A stretch of DNA of 64,000 nucleotides from Podarcis gaigeae (Eukaryota). The notes beneath the pieces were generated by a model. That model made no database searches, was not told the DNA's origin, and was given only the letters and a program-made list of their open reading frames with translations. Position 1 is the stretch's first letter. The number at the start of each line of letters is the position of its first letter. Location: the NCBI GenBank assembly GCA_964106915.2, contig OZ066921.1. The stretch is one strand, 5' to 3'. Positions 12,170-25,268 of this stretch are shown one piece after another. Both the position numbers and the translations under genes were made by a program.

Positions 12170-12815
12170 TTTTATTTTATTATTTATTTATTTAAGTTGG
12201 TAGGCTGCCCTCCATCCACAGATCTCAGGGCAGTTCACAACATAAAAATGCAAGACACCCCCCCCCCCAAAAAAATACAAAATGCATAATAAAAGCAAGA
12301 GCAAACTAAGTATCCACCACCCACAAGACATTAAAAAGGGTATTGGGTGTAATCAGCCAAAGGCCTGGTTGAGGAGGATTGTTTTCTCCTGGCGCCTAAA
12401 GGTGTATAATGAAGGCGCCAGGTGAGCCTCCCTGGGGAGGGCATTCCACAAGTGGAGAGCCACCACAGAAAAGGCCTGGTCTCGTGTTCTCATGTTCCCA
12501 CCCTCAGTTCCTATCATGGAGGAGGCACATGAAGTAGGGCCTCAGATGGTGATCTCAGGGCCCAGTTAGGTTCATATGAAGAGAGGCAGTCCTGAAGGTA
12601 TTGCGGTCCTGAGTCGTTTAGGCTTTATAGGTCAAAACAAGCACTTTTAATTGGGCCCCAAAACTAACTGGCAGCTATTACAGTCAGGCCAGTATCTAAG
12701 TAATATACTCAAACTATCCTGCCCCTGCCTAACCTGGCTGCTGAATTCTGCACCAGCTGAAGTTGCCGAACCGTCTTCAGAGGCAGCCGTATGTATAACG
12801 TGTTGCAGTAATCTG
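12170..12815 (-). mobile_element. L2 LINE 3' fragment
   Basis: Minus strand reads DYCNTLYIRLPLKTVRQLQLVQNSAARL, typical of the L2 ORF2 C-terminus; TTTA-rich tail at 12170-12195. Confidence 0.82.
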
Positions 12816-13571
12816 AGGGCAAGAAGGTAAATTCCTGACACCAGACATGGAGGAAGTAACTGAGCAAAGTTCATCTGATCTGTCAAAGAGGAAGGCCTGG
12901 CCAAAACTGCACAGTGTGGCCCTAAGCAGACAAAAGGTTCAATGCTAACAAACACTTCTGAAGAGCCACCTGAAACTGATGAATGTATTTTAAAGATAAC
13001 ATGTCCCTTAAATGCTGACTGGATGGTGGCCTTGCAGCCCTGAGAGTCCAAATTTGAAAATCTGCTACTGTAACTGACTTAACAAAACTGGAGAATGAAG
13101 CACTGTCTCTCAGGATTGGCAATCAGTCTGAGTTGGTCTGACTGGTGATACTTTACAAAGCTGCATTTATAAACACATTTCTATGTGTCGTGAAAAATTA
13201 TTGTGCATTTTTCAAACTGACTTGCTCTTAGAGTTCATTAATATGTGGCTTTGCATTATGGCCTGTAATATATTTCTGTTTATCAGTGGAAGTGTTGTTG
13301 GGTGTGTTGTCCTTTTCAGAAAAGTGTGCTTATTTTATAGTATTTTCTAGATTCTGCCCTTCATGAACAGGCCCAGCTTGAAATGCATGTGGCACTTATA
13401 TCCCTTGGAAATGGCAGCTGTTTTTCTTCCCACACACCCATCCACCCCACACCTTGAGATTTCTGCTGCTTCATCAAATCCACAAACAAACCATATTCTG
13501 TTTCTAAGAATAATAATAATATTGCAATTGTCTCTTGTGGCTCTTTCCCCTCCCTGCCCATGACCCTGTAG

Positions 13572-13701
13572 GCATTTCTGGCTGAGCTGGAGCAGAACGC
13601 TGTGAAAGTCCAGAAAGCAAAAGAGTCTCTTTCTGGACTCCTGGAGAAATATCCCGAATCGCCAGAAGCAGGAAATTGGAAGCGGATGCTGGAGGACTTA
13701 A
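13572..13701 (+). CDS. MACF1: MACF1 coding exon (AFLAELEQNAVKVQKAKE...WKRMLEDL), phase 0/1
   Basis: Acceptor ctgtAG|GCA, donor TAA|GTATGT; translated by hand. Confidence 0.92.
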
Positions 13702-15597
13702 GTATGTGACCCAGAGACCTCTGAGAAACTCATCAGGGGCTGAGCAAGACTGGGCTAGTTCTAGAAAGGGGAAGCAGAGCTCTATCTAGCTGAAATATAG
13801 ACTGTGTGGTGGGTGGTGCCGTGGCAGTTGGGAAAGGACTGTAGACTAAGGGGAAAGTGTGGAAAGCAAGACCAGGAAGCCAAAGGTCCAGGAAGTTCTC
13901 TTAGCTCTAGTGCTGTGGAAGTGAATAAGAGCTGGCTGCCTCAGATGGCAGATGCTGAAGGGCAGGGAATGGCAGCGAGATGGCGGACAGCAGCCTCCTC
14001 TGTGCCCCCTAAAGAAGCCTGCTACGCTCAGGGCAATGCTGTCCTATCACCAGTATCAAAACAAGATTTAGCTACCAGTCCAGTCAGCATCTGGGTATGA
14101 AATGAGGGGTGCCATCTTGTCCTTGCCTGTAGAAGCAAAATGGCTTGTGCTGGCTGGGGAGGGGGAGTCATTTAGAAATTGTGTTACTGACAATCTTGGG
14201 GTATCATCAGATAAACCTCTTTGGTGGCAAGCAGGCCAGCACATCCTGCTTCTGAACAAACCAGGCTATCACAAGTGGAGAAAGCATGTGCAGCAGGCAG
14301 AGAAGAGCGTTCAGCAATCGGGGGGTGGAGAGGCTGAGAGAGGAGGTGTGTCTTAGGCAGTTATCCTTGGTGTGAGAAAAGGGGCCATCCTAAGTGCATG
14401 TGTGTGGGTGTGGATTCATTTCCCACAGGGTTGGCCCAGTGGATTATTCCACAGGAATGTGCAGCTCTTTCCATTTAGGAGCTCTAGCCCCTCCCAGGCT
14501 GAGTGCATGGTCTCTCTCCACCCCACTCCCTGTTCTGCATGCAACAGAGGATCCACACTGGCCAGAGAGATGGAGTTGCACAAGGCCCTCCTGAGTAGTG
14601 TGTAGCAGTTGCAGACTCTGAATCCTGCAGTTGTGGGCATGCCTTATAGTCAAGAGTTCCCTTACCCTCATATTTGGTTGTGTTTCATTTTCCAGACTTT
14701 CCCTTGCACAGCCCACTCCAAATCTGGGTAGAACAGGCTCATGTCCTGGCCAGTTTATAATGACATTTTATTTCTGAAGCAGCCAGAAATCATTAGTTAG
14801 CACAAAGCATGATCTAGTTTTTGAATGAGTGTCAGAGCTGATTGTGCCTGTCAGCTTGCCCAAGCTACTGCAGTCTTACTGTTGTTATTTTGGAGGAATG
14901 CTGTGTGATTTCCCACCACCACCCCCAGAAAGATGAAACCTGACATTTTAAATGTTTGCTTAAACTGTAATTCATATTTGCAAAAGAATATTGAAACTGC
15001 TTTGCCAAAATTTTCCCCTGAAAACTTTTTTTTAAAGAGCAGTTTTAAGAGCAGTTCCACCTCTGTTTGTTGAGAGGAGACACTCCCTGTTTGCATAGGA
15101 ACTGGGCCAATGAAAAGCATTGTATGGAATCTTTCCAAAAGTTTGTGGAGGAGGCTCTGCCATTCAGCTGAGATCAGGTGCACCACCTCATTTTGTGGGT
15201 AGCGTGGGGGTAGGACACAGTGTGCACCTGCGTTAAATTTTGGGTTCAGTTTGCAGTATCTTCAGTTAAATCAGGAGGGACAGACTTAACCTTCCAGGGG
15301 GCCACATTGTAGCCATACAGGCAAGGCCACCCCACACTCACCCCACACCCATATTCAAACACACATGCCTGCGTGCTGTGTCGACGATGTCCCAACCACC
15401 TAGGTCCATGTCACCTGGGGAGGGGAGACCTGGCCTCATTTGGCCCACGGGCCTGAGTTTTCCCACTCCTGCTGTAAATACCTGATCAGGTAAGTCCTAA
15501 AAATTCCCTTAGAGGTCCGCATTCACCCGTAGCTAATGATTCCTATGGAAGCCTTTGTGGAGGGAATGTACCCAGTCATGGTGTTTCTGGCATTCAG

Positions 15598-15797
15598 ATT
15601 CCAGGTGGGCACATGCCAACCAGGTGACAGCAGAGCGCCAGCAGAAGTTGGAGAAATCAGCCAGCGAGCTGGCCAGCTTCCAGGTGGCTGAGGGCCAGCT
15701 GCGTCCCTGGCTGATGGAGAAGGAGCTCATGATGAGCGTGTTGGGCCCACTCTCCATCGATCCCAACATGCTGAATGCACAGAAGCAGCAAGTTCAG
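15598..15797 (+). CDS. MACF1: MACF1 coding exon ([14 protein letters not shown]...AQKQQVQ), phase 1/0
   Basis: Acceptor cattcAG|AT, donor CAG|GTGAGA. Confidence 0.94.
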
Positions 15798-18011
15798 GTG
15801 AGAAGCCAGCAAAGGCATTTTATGCAACCAGGTTGAAAAGAGTATGGTGGTCAATGCAGGTGGAAGTGACTACAAGAGTGCACCATGCTGGTCATCTGCC
15901 AGTGAGAGGGAACTGTTGACCTTTTGCACTGCACTGTCACCACTGCAGATGGCCTGAGCAATCGCAGCTTCTAGCCCAGCAATGAACAATTGGTATAAGG
16001 GGCTCATATATTTCCACCTGTACCCTGGTTCATCAGTTTGAGCAGCACAGGGTGCCTGTCCTTGCCTACCTGCTTTCCAGCTCCAGATCACTAGCCCTGA
16101 CAGAAGGGGTGCTTGTGTAGAAATGCTTAGTTTCATTGAACAGCAGACCCATCTCTTGCATTTGCCTTCCTCTCCCTTGGATTATGAATCATGCTGCTCA
16201 GAAGAGGCCTGTAGGCAGTCAAACGCTCGAGAGGGTAGGATTGTCGGGAGATCTCCATGCTTATACAGTTTGACTCTCAGTCTGCAACTTGTTTATATGA
16301 ACTGTAGCAGCAGCAGGACAAATAAGGCAGGGGAGTGGAATGTCTTTTGAATGTCATCATCATCCCTGACATCTTTTTAAAGCTGAAATCCTGTTTCAAG
16401 CTGACTTCCCACAGCTTCTTTCCAGAAACTCTACAGATGGTTTATAGCAACTCAATATGCTTTTAGTTGTGTGTCAGCCAACCTAAACTCTTGCAGCAGA
16501 CTAACTTGTTTAATTGATTCATCAGCTGACATCACATACATTTGCAGCTCATTGGATGTATCTTCCTCAATGAAGAGGAACAGTTCATCTTTGGCTGCCT
16601 CATTGCTCAGACCTCAGCTTTCCAAGGAGCCTTGGACTTCAGGGGTTTCTCATTCAGAATCAAATCAGGCAAGCTTTCGTTTACCACTTCCCTTCTAGTG
16701 TGCACACACAGGGAAATGTTAGGTGTGCTCCAGGACCCACTCGGGTCATGTGAGGCCATCTGGAACACTTGCAAGAACCAAGAGCATGTCCTGGAACAGG
16801 GGTCAGCAACTGGTTGATCTCTCAGTTGTTCAACATTAGCAACAGCAAAATGACTTTTCTCACCTAATTTAGGCTGCTGAAATGGAGATGGCTAACAGGG
16901 AGTGGATTTTTTTGTGCAAGAGGACTGGGCTCGGAAAAAAATGAGCTCAGAGGCACCCTGGTATTTAATTCTAACTATGGGCTCCTCCAGACATTCCATT
17001 TATTCATCACTCTTATTAATTTGTTTACATGGTGGTTCAACTATGTCTGGTCTTCATTGCACACTCCTTCTGATTTGTTTGTATATATGCCATTTAGCAT
17101 TTCTTCTGCATTCACCCTGACTTGCTTCCAGGGGATTTACACATCTTCATCTTAGTCAATCATTCATCCCACAGTTTCCCCCATCATTTTCTGTGCTGCA
17201 AAGTGGGACTTGTTTTATAAATTGGAGTTTGTGTAAAAAATGGATTTGTTGCACTTGGGTGACTGAACCCTTTAATCCACTTTAAATGCCCCAAATAGTG
17301 ATGGTCTGGAGGCACCCTGCATGTCTTTTGCACCCGGCTCTCATTGGTAGATCTTGGGGTTCTGGTGAAAAAAACAGATCCAACAAGCCTGAAGATTAAT
17401 TAATGTGAACATGGGAAGTTTGGAAACCACTGATATTACCAGGAAAGGCATTGCTTACATCACATCACATCACATAAGTGCCGCTTGATTGTAAAAAACA
17501 AAGCACCTTCTAAGTGGTTTTACAAAAATTAAAAGAAACATTAAAGTTATCAATAAAAGCAGTTAAAAGCAAGTAAGGAGGCACCAGAAATTGTACAGCC
17601 TGGTGTCAATGGGCAGGGAATTTCAAAGTGTAAGTGCTGCCACTCTAAAAATTGATTTATTGCAGAATGAGCATTATGTGGCACTTGTAACAGTATCAGT
17701 TCCACAGTTCAAAGCAGCTGAGTGGGCACATATAGGGTGATCCTATAAGTAAACTGGTCCATGGCTGTTAATGCCAGTATATAATAGTAACACCTTGAAA
17801 ATGGCCCAGTAATAACACCAAGTCATTATTTTCATCAGGTTTAAGAAGGCAGCCATTCCCTTGGTCATTTTAAAAAAGTGTTTTATTATTCAACCAAGAC
17901 TGACAGTGCTATGGTTGCATTCTCCTTGGCCTCTTTAATCTTTTTTTAACCATCTTGGTCTCTCATTAAAAAACATATGCACTGCTTCTCTACCCCCCTC
18001 CCCCATTTTAG

Positions 18012-18507
18012 TTCATGCTGAAGGAGTTTGAGTCCCGCAAGCCCCAGTATGATCAGCTGAATGAGGCTGCCCAAGGGATACTCACCAGCCCCAGCGAAGG
18101 GTCTCCATCCATCAGCAACATGCAGGAGGAGCTCCAGGCTGTCAACCAGAAGTGGACTGAACTCACAGAGAGGCTCAACTCACGCTCCAGCCAAATCGAC
18201 CAGGCCATTGTCAAGAGCACCCAGTACCAAGAGCTGCTCCAGGGGCTGTCTGAGAAGGTGAAGGCTGCTGGGCAGTGCCTGAGCACCCAGTCCACCATCA
18301 GCACCCAGCCAGAGGCTGTGAAGCAACAGCTGGAAGAAACGAGTGAAATCCGGTCCAACCTGGCACAGCTGGAAGAGGAGATCACGGAGGCTCAGGCCCT
18401 ATGTGATGAGCTCTCAGTCCTCATTGGGGAACAGTACCTGAAGGATGAGCTGAAGAAACGTTTGGAGACTGTGGCCCTCCCTCTCAAAGGGCTGGAGGAT
18501 TTGGCAG
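18012..18507 (+). CDS. MACF1: MACF1 coding exon (FMLKEFESRK...LKGLEDLA), phase 0/1
   Basis: Acceptor cattttAG|TTC, donor CAG|GTATGG. Confidence 0.95.
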
Positions 18508-19177
18508 GTATGGAAATGAATCATTTGAAAACATGGGGTCATCAGGTGCTATATAACACCATTTGCAGAATTTAGAAACACAAACAGCATTTAGTCAAAG
18601 AAGGAGGACTCCCAACAGCCAGGAAAGTTGTGTGGGCAATAAGGACCCAATAGATCCTTGGCTCACCAGATGTGGCGAAAGGCTTAACCTCAGGGCCACT
18701 CCACACATTATGAAGCAAACTCAGTGTGTCACCAACACAGGCCCAATAGGAAGCCCCAGCCAATGCCACCTCTCAGGTGTATTTTTCCCTAATGCATGTG
18801 TAGAAGAAGTGGGATGGTTAGCTGGGCTCCATTTTGTCTGTCTGAAAAGAATTGGAATGCCCCCCCCCATCCCATTTTGACCACTGCCTCTATGTAAATG
18901 TAAGGTCTAGAAACCGTTTTTTAAGGAAACAGATGTTCTGGGGATCCTACAGAATCAATTAAATCCCCCTGAATAGACCCTATGTTCTATGATTTGTGGC
19001 TTCCTAGGTTTATAAGATTGCCTTACCTTTAATGGTATGCCAATTTGCTTTTTCACTGAAAGGTGCTTATTTGCGAAGACTGGAATGTAGATTTGTGCAT
19101 CAGGCACATTAGGAGAGGTTCCTAGCTTTATGAAATGCATATCTTAACAATGTATTCCTGCCTCCTCCAATTTTCAG

Positions 19178-20649
19178 GTGACCGGATGAATCGATTGCAG
19201 ACAGTGCTTGCCAGCTCCCAGCAATTCCAACAGATGTTTGATGAGCTCCACACTTGGCTGGATGACAAGCTGAGGCAGCAGGCACAGAGCGGGCCCATCT
19301 CAGCTAAGCTGGAGAGGCTGCAGTCTCAGATCCAGGAGCAGGAAGAATTCCAAAAGAGCCTCAACCAGCACAGGGGCTCCTATGAATTGATTGTGGTAGA
19401 GGGCGAGTCTTTGCTTCACTCCATTCATCCCGGCGAGGAGAGAGCCAGTTTGCAAAGCCAGCTGGTCAACCTGAAAGCAAACTGGGAGGAGCTTAGCAAA
19501 CAGATCACAGACCGACATGCTAAACTCAAGGACTGCTTACAGAAGGCTCAGAAATACCAGCGTCATGTGGAAGACCTTTTCCCGTGGGTGGAGGACTGCA
19601 GGTCAAAGATGCTAGAGCTGGAAGTCACTCTGGATCCAGTGCAACTGGAAGCCACACTCCTGAGGTCAAAGGCTATGCTGAGCGATGTGGAGAAGCGCCG
19701 CTCCCTTCTGGAGATGCTGAACAGCGCCGCTGATATCCTCATCAATGCATCAGAAATGGATGAGGATGATGTTAGGGATGAGAAAGCTGGGATCAACCAG
19801 AAGATGGACGCTATTACAGAAGAACTCCAAGCAAAGACCGGTTCCCTGGAAGAAATGTCGCAAAGGCTGAAGGAGTTCCAAGAAAGCTTTAGGAACATTG
19901 AGAAAAAACTAGATGGGACAAAGCATCAGCTGGAAATCTATGAGGCTCTTGGCCCACAGGCCTGCAGCACTAAGAACTTGGAGAAGCTGAGAGCCCAACA
20001 GGAGGTTATCCAGGCATTGGAACCCCAGGTGGATTACCTGAGGAATTTCACTCGGGGCCTGGTGGAAGATGCTCCAGATGGGTCTGACTCCTCCCATCTC
20101 TTAAGTCAAGCTGAGGTTGCCCAGCAAGACTTCAAAGCAGTCAAGCAAAAAGTTAACGAATGTTGTCAGCTTATGGAGAGCAAGCTTGAAGGGATTGGCC
20201 AGTTTAATAATCATGTTCGGGAGATGTTCTCTCAGCTGGCTGACCTGGATGACGAGTTGGACAGCATGGGCTCTGTTGGGAGAGACATGGACAGCCTGCA
20301 GTCTCAAGCAGAGGATGTCCATGAATTCCTGGGCAAACTTCAGAGGCTGAGGCTGGATATCCAAGCTTCTGAAGAGAAATGCAGGCAGATGTTGGATGAT
20401 GAAGGAAGCCCTGACCTCATAGGGTTGAAACGTGAGCTGGAGACTTTAAATAAGCAATGTGGCAAACTGAACGAAAGAGGCAAAAGTCGCCTGGAGCAGG
20501 TGGACACAACGCTGGCTCGCGTCAAGGACTTCTATGACAAACTAAAGGAGCTGAACTACATGACAGCCACAGCAGAAGACAGCGAAGCTTTGCAGTGGGT
20601 CGTTGGGACAGAAGTGGAGGTCATCAGCCAGCAGCTGGCAGATTTCAAG
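19178..20649 (+). CDS. MACF1: MACF1 large coding exon, 1,472 nt (DRMNRLQTVLASSQQFQQMFDEL...QQLADFK), phase 1/0
   Basis: Acceptor ttttcAG|GT, donor AAG|GTAAGG; several spectrin repeats. Confidence 0.96.
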
Positions 20650-20767
20650 GTAAGGACCTGGCTATGCTGCAGGTGGCTAATGTTGAATCTACTGATGAGT
20701 TGTTTTTAATGCTGTAACCCACCCTGGGACCTTAGAGTGAAGGTCCTGCACTGCTCCATAGGTGAAA

Positions 20768-20895
20768 NNNNNNNNNNNNNNNNNNNNNNNNNNNNNNNNN
20801 NNNNNNNNNNNNNNNNNNNNNNNNNNNNNNNNNNNNNNNNNNNNNNNNNNNNNNNNNNNNNNNNNNNNNNNNNNNNNNNNNNNNNNNNNNNNNNN
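20768..20895. other. Assembly gap (N run)
   Basis: Ns. Confidence 1.
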
Positions 20896-21350
20896 TTCAG
20901 CTTACCTTAGCAGTTTTTATACAAACGAAGGAGATAAAAGAGTTCTAGAAATAGTATAATCTTATTTTTAAAAGACCTTTATCACTTGTTTGTATAAACA
21001 CTGCCAGGTTGGGCAGAAAACAAAGAGCACAGGGTATATTTCCATCCGTGTCATTCTCCCTGGGTGACTCTTTCATTCGCATAAGCAACTTGTGTGGTCC
21101 AATTTAGGAGGCTCTTCATTCATTAAATCTTAGTGTGTACATGTATTGCAACACACTAAAAACTTAATATGTTGTGCTTAAAAAACATCTGTCCCTCACA
21201 ACCCACCGTGGTCAATGACCCTCCACTTATTTGGATTACTTATTCTAAATATTTAACTTGAATTTGGTTTGAATATTTTAACAGCTCTCAGCTGCCACAG
21301 GTATTCTGTGAAAAGGCTCTGGATATTTAGAAGCATGTAAGACATAATGA

Positions 21351-21710
21351 GGGATGTGGGTGGTGCTGTGGGTTAAACCACAGAGCCTAGGGCTTGCCAA
21401 TCAGAAGGTTGGTGGTTCAAATTCCCGCGACGGGGTGAGCTCCCGTTGCTCAGTCCCTGCTCCTGCCAACCTAGCAGTTTGAAAGCACGAAGTGCAAGTA
21501 GATAAATAGGTACCGCTCCAGCGGGAAGGTAAATGGTGTTTCCGTGCACTGCTCTGGTTTGCCAGAAGCGGCTTAGTCATGCCGGCCACATGACCTGGAA
21601 GCTGTACGCCGGCTCCCTCAGCCAGTAAAGCGAGATGGGCACTGCAACCCCAGAGTCGTCCGCAACTTGTCCAAATTGGTCAGGGGTCCCTTTACCTTTA
21701 CCTTTACCTT
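21351..21710 (+). mobile_element. Full-length Sauria SINE (lacertid type)
   Basis: tRNA-like head GGGATGTGGGTGGTGCTGTGGGTTAAACC..., body GCAAGTAGATAAATAGGTACCGC, (ACCTTT)n tail, perfect 13-bp TSD TAAGACATAATGA (21338-21350 and 21711-21723). Confidence 0.93.
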
Positions 21711-23612
21711 TAAGACATAATGAACTGCACTTTTATTACTTTTGTAGTAGTAACTCCTACACCACAGAATGAGAAGTGAATCAGTTAAATCATCAAATAA
21801 TTCTGTATTCTTCTGCTCACTCCATGGCGAGGTTGCCAGAGGCTTCCTTGTATGACTTGGTGCTCTGACCTTACCTCCTTCATCCAGTGGGGGCAGGAGT
21901 TTCTGCCACAACCCAGCACTGGACGCAATTGGAATTGTTGAACCATTCTCAATGCAGAGATGCCACAGTTTCCTCTGAGGAAACAGACTGGCTGTTGTCC
22001 CACTGCAGAGCCTGGATCCACATCAATGAATCACAAATCATGGAGGAACATCCTCTGAGGGTGTGTCTTTTCTACTTTAAACAAAAGTCTTGCTGGCTGC
22101 AAAAGTGAATTGTGCTTCCTTCAGAAGTCTGAGAAACTCTACTCTTGAGGATGTATTGTTGTGCAAGAACTCTGAGCCAATTGCCTTGTTGGGCTTGCTG
22201 TTTATGGCAACTGACTTGAACACACAACTTTTCTACTTGCCAGGAAAGACAGAGGACGTTTTAACAATCTCAGTGAATCACACCATGAATTGATCTCAGT
22301 TGGGCATCTGGTGCTGACTCAGTTAAACATAAGGCTCTGGACTCCTCCTAGCCTGAGTGCCTTTGATTGGAAACTGAGATTGAGCAAACTTTACATTGAG
22401 AAGGAACTGTCCTCTAGCTGTCCTGGCTGATATGGAAAAGTTGGGAAGGAGCAAGGACTGTGACTTGGGTTTTCTGTGTGGAGAGTAGAAGGCTTTGAGG
22501 ACCCTCTGTAATTTCACCCTTGATATGTTTATCTATTTAATAATTTCTGTCCAGCCGTGATGCATAAATCAGGCAGGTGCATTATAGCAAATAAAATTGC
22601 AATTGCAGTGAGAGACAATTAAAATACCTATTTATTTATTATACTGGTTAATATTCATAATTTCTAAGTGATGTACATAAAATGATTTTTTTAAGCCATA
22701 CAAAGAATAAGAGCAATTATAATTCATCCTAGAATGCCTACCTTAAAATGCTTGCTGAAACAGGAAAGTGTTTGTCAATCACCTCAAATTCGGCAGGGAG
22801 GGGGCCTGTCTAATCTCAGTCAGGAGCAAGTTTGACAGGGTTGGGGTCCACAGTACTGAACTGCATGGCTGTACTGATGGCATGCAGAGTCTGGGGAGTG
22901 GACTCCCCAATTTTTCCAGTTCTAGTAACTGGTAACGTATATCGTCTGCACCAAGGAAATCCTAACCCTTCAATCAGAATAAATTATTATTTATTAAACT
23001 TATTGTTTTTTATTTATTTTACAAAAGCAGCTCACAATAAACACCTACATTAAAACTGGCATGAAACAAAATGAAGAAAAATCTAAAAAGTGATCATATT
23101 TTTAAAAGACAGGATTAAAACATTATGTGCATGCATCATTTGAACATTATGTGAAATTTATTGTGCTTCCAAGATTTCAAGTTTTCAAAGGATAGAGAGG
23201 AGGGAGATTATGTTGATTAACTATGGATAGCCTGTCTGATTGTTGGGCTGATGGGAGCTGTAGGATGAAGACTATAAACTATTGAGAACACTGCAGGTCT
23301 CCTAACGCTCCCCTGCCCTTTCACATCACACTCCTACCTGATCTCTGGAAGTCCTTATTAGGTTTCACCAGACCACTTCACAAAAGAGTCTCTGAAATCA
23401 TAAGGTCTAGAAAGTGCCTGAAATTCTGTTCAGCACTAGCAGTGTGTTTTTTTCTAGAAAAATTTGTGCTGGTACTTGCCAGTACTCACCATGAAGTTGT
23501 TACAGTAAGTGTCATACTTTTTAACCAAAGATGAAGAAGTGCCGGTAATTACCAGGAATACAGAAGGACTGTGTAATTTGCTTGTTCCTGATGTTGGTGG
23601 TGGTGGTCTCTT

Positions 23613-23794
23613 GCGTTTCCATGTGCTCTGGTTTCTGTCACAGTGTTCCATTTCTCCAGAAGCGGCTTAGTGACACTGGCCACGGAAAGCTGTCTGTGGA
23701 CAAATGCTGGCTCCCTCAGCCTGAAAGCGAGATGAGTGCTTCACCCCACAGTCGCCTTTGACTGAACTTAACTGTCCAGGGGTCCTTTACCTTT
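23613..23794 (+). mobile_element. 5'-truncated, older Sauria SINE fragment
   Basis: CCAGAAGCGGCTTAGT...GCGAGATGAG...CAGGGGTCCTTTACCTTT aligns with the 3' half of the 21351 copy. Confidence 0.8.
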
Positions 23795-25149
23795 TATACA
23801 ATAAAAAGTTTCAAATTGATTTGTCAAAATAACAACACATAAAACAATTTAACTCATAAAGCAATTCACTTAGAGTTGGTGATATGAGGGCAGAGTCACT
23901 ATGATAGTTGTCCTTCCTCACAAAAAAGGAGAGTTCAGGTGCCTCCTAAACTTGCTGCAGGGGAAAGAACTTTGAATGGTTTCCCGCATCAGCATGAAAT
24001 CACACCCTGGGCTTGTAAGTGTTTTCCTTTGGGACAGAGACTGGAGAGGCGCCAACTCAGAAGCTTCTCTTCCCAGAGCTTGCAGCAATTCTGTGACTTT
24101 CTTCTGCTGTTCTCATGTTGCAGAAACCGGGATTGGCAGCCGGCTGGCTGATAAGGGGGATCTGTGTTGTGCTGAGCTCACAGGAAGTTAGAACAATGGG
24201 AGGAAAGGATTTGTCTCTGTCGGCTATATTTATACCCCCAAGAGGGTCTGTGACTGGGCAGAGCTTTCTCCTGAGGCTCATTTCCATAGCTTGGAGAGCA
24301 GAGTATCCCCTTTCTCAAACATCCTATGAGTGCAAAATTGGTTTACCTTCTACAGAGTTTACTTTCACCACCCTTAAATAAAAACCCCAAGCTTGCTTTT
24401 TACCTTGAGTTCCCTATTGCAGCATTTGCAAACCTGGTGCCTTCCAGATGTTTGGTGCTGCAGCTCCCATCAGAATCAGCCTGTGTAAGACAAGAGGGCC
24501 CTCCCAATCTGATTTTTCTTCCTGTTGCTTTTTTTGCTCTGAGCTGTTGCCCCCGCTGCTGCTGTCGAGGCTGCAAAAGAGAGGCTGCAGATTGGCAGAG
24601 GGAAGTGTTAAGAAGGGAAGGAAAAGGCTATCCTTGACACAATTTGCTGTCCCACCCCCCAAACTATCAAAATAGCCATTCATTTCTTAGCGTTTAGATA
24701 TGAGGCAGGTGCTTAGTGGGTGGTGTGAGCAACGTGCAGCCTTCCAAGTGCTGTTCCCAGTCACTGAGCACTCTGTTATTCCTGTCCTGGAGAGAATTCT
24801 TTATATCCTTTGAAGGCTGGCCCCAGGACTGGTCCAATACATTTTGGCACCCGAGGTGAACCACAAAATGGCACCCACCACCACCAGGGAAGAATGGGTG
24901 AGTGAACAAGAGTAGAGGAGACCAGCAGCAGCACCCATTCACCAAGAGGATGCTATAGAGGCAGCCTGGGGGGGGGCAGATTTTGTCTCTAAGGTGTACC
25001 CTTCAGCTGTTGATGCCACCATGACAGCAGCTGCAGGGGTTCATTCCTTGGAGGCTGGGTTTGCTGCCCTGCTAATCCTACCACCTGAGGCGGTTGCCTC
25101 ATCTTGCCTCATGAGTGAGCTGACCCCTCCTTATTTTATCCTCCAAGCT

Positions 25150-25268
25150 GCTTCTGTGAGGTAGGACAGGCTGAGAGCTGGTCATTTGCTCAAGGTCACC
25201 CTGTGACCTTTATGACGCAGCAGGGATTTGAACTCTAGTCTCCAGCACTCTGACCACTACACTGTGCT
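25150..25268 (-). mobile_element. Degenerate CORE/MIR-like SINE fragment
   Basis: CTGTGAGGTAGG...CAAGGTCACC...GGGATTTGAAC...ACCACTACAC. Confidence 0.6.

Noticed and set aside
8516-17395. Similar ~65-bp segments at 8516-8580 and 17324-17395
   Set aside because: Diverged; most simply two remnants of an old interspersed repeat.
18053-20525. Minus-strand ORFs overlapping large exons (also at 42929-46398 and 59722-59919)
   Set aside because: Antisense shadows of coding sequence with no independent gene structure.
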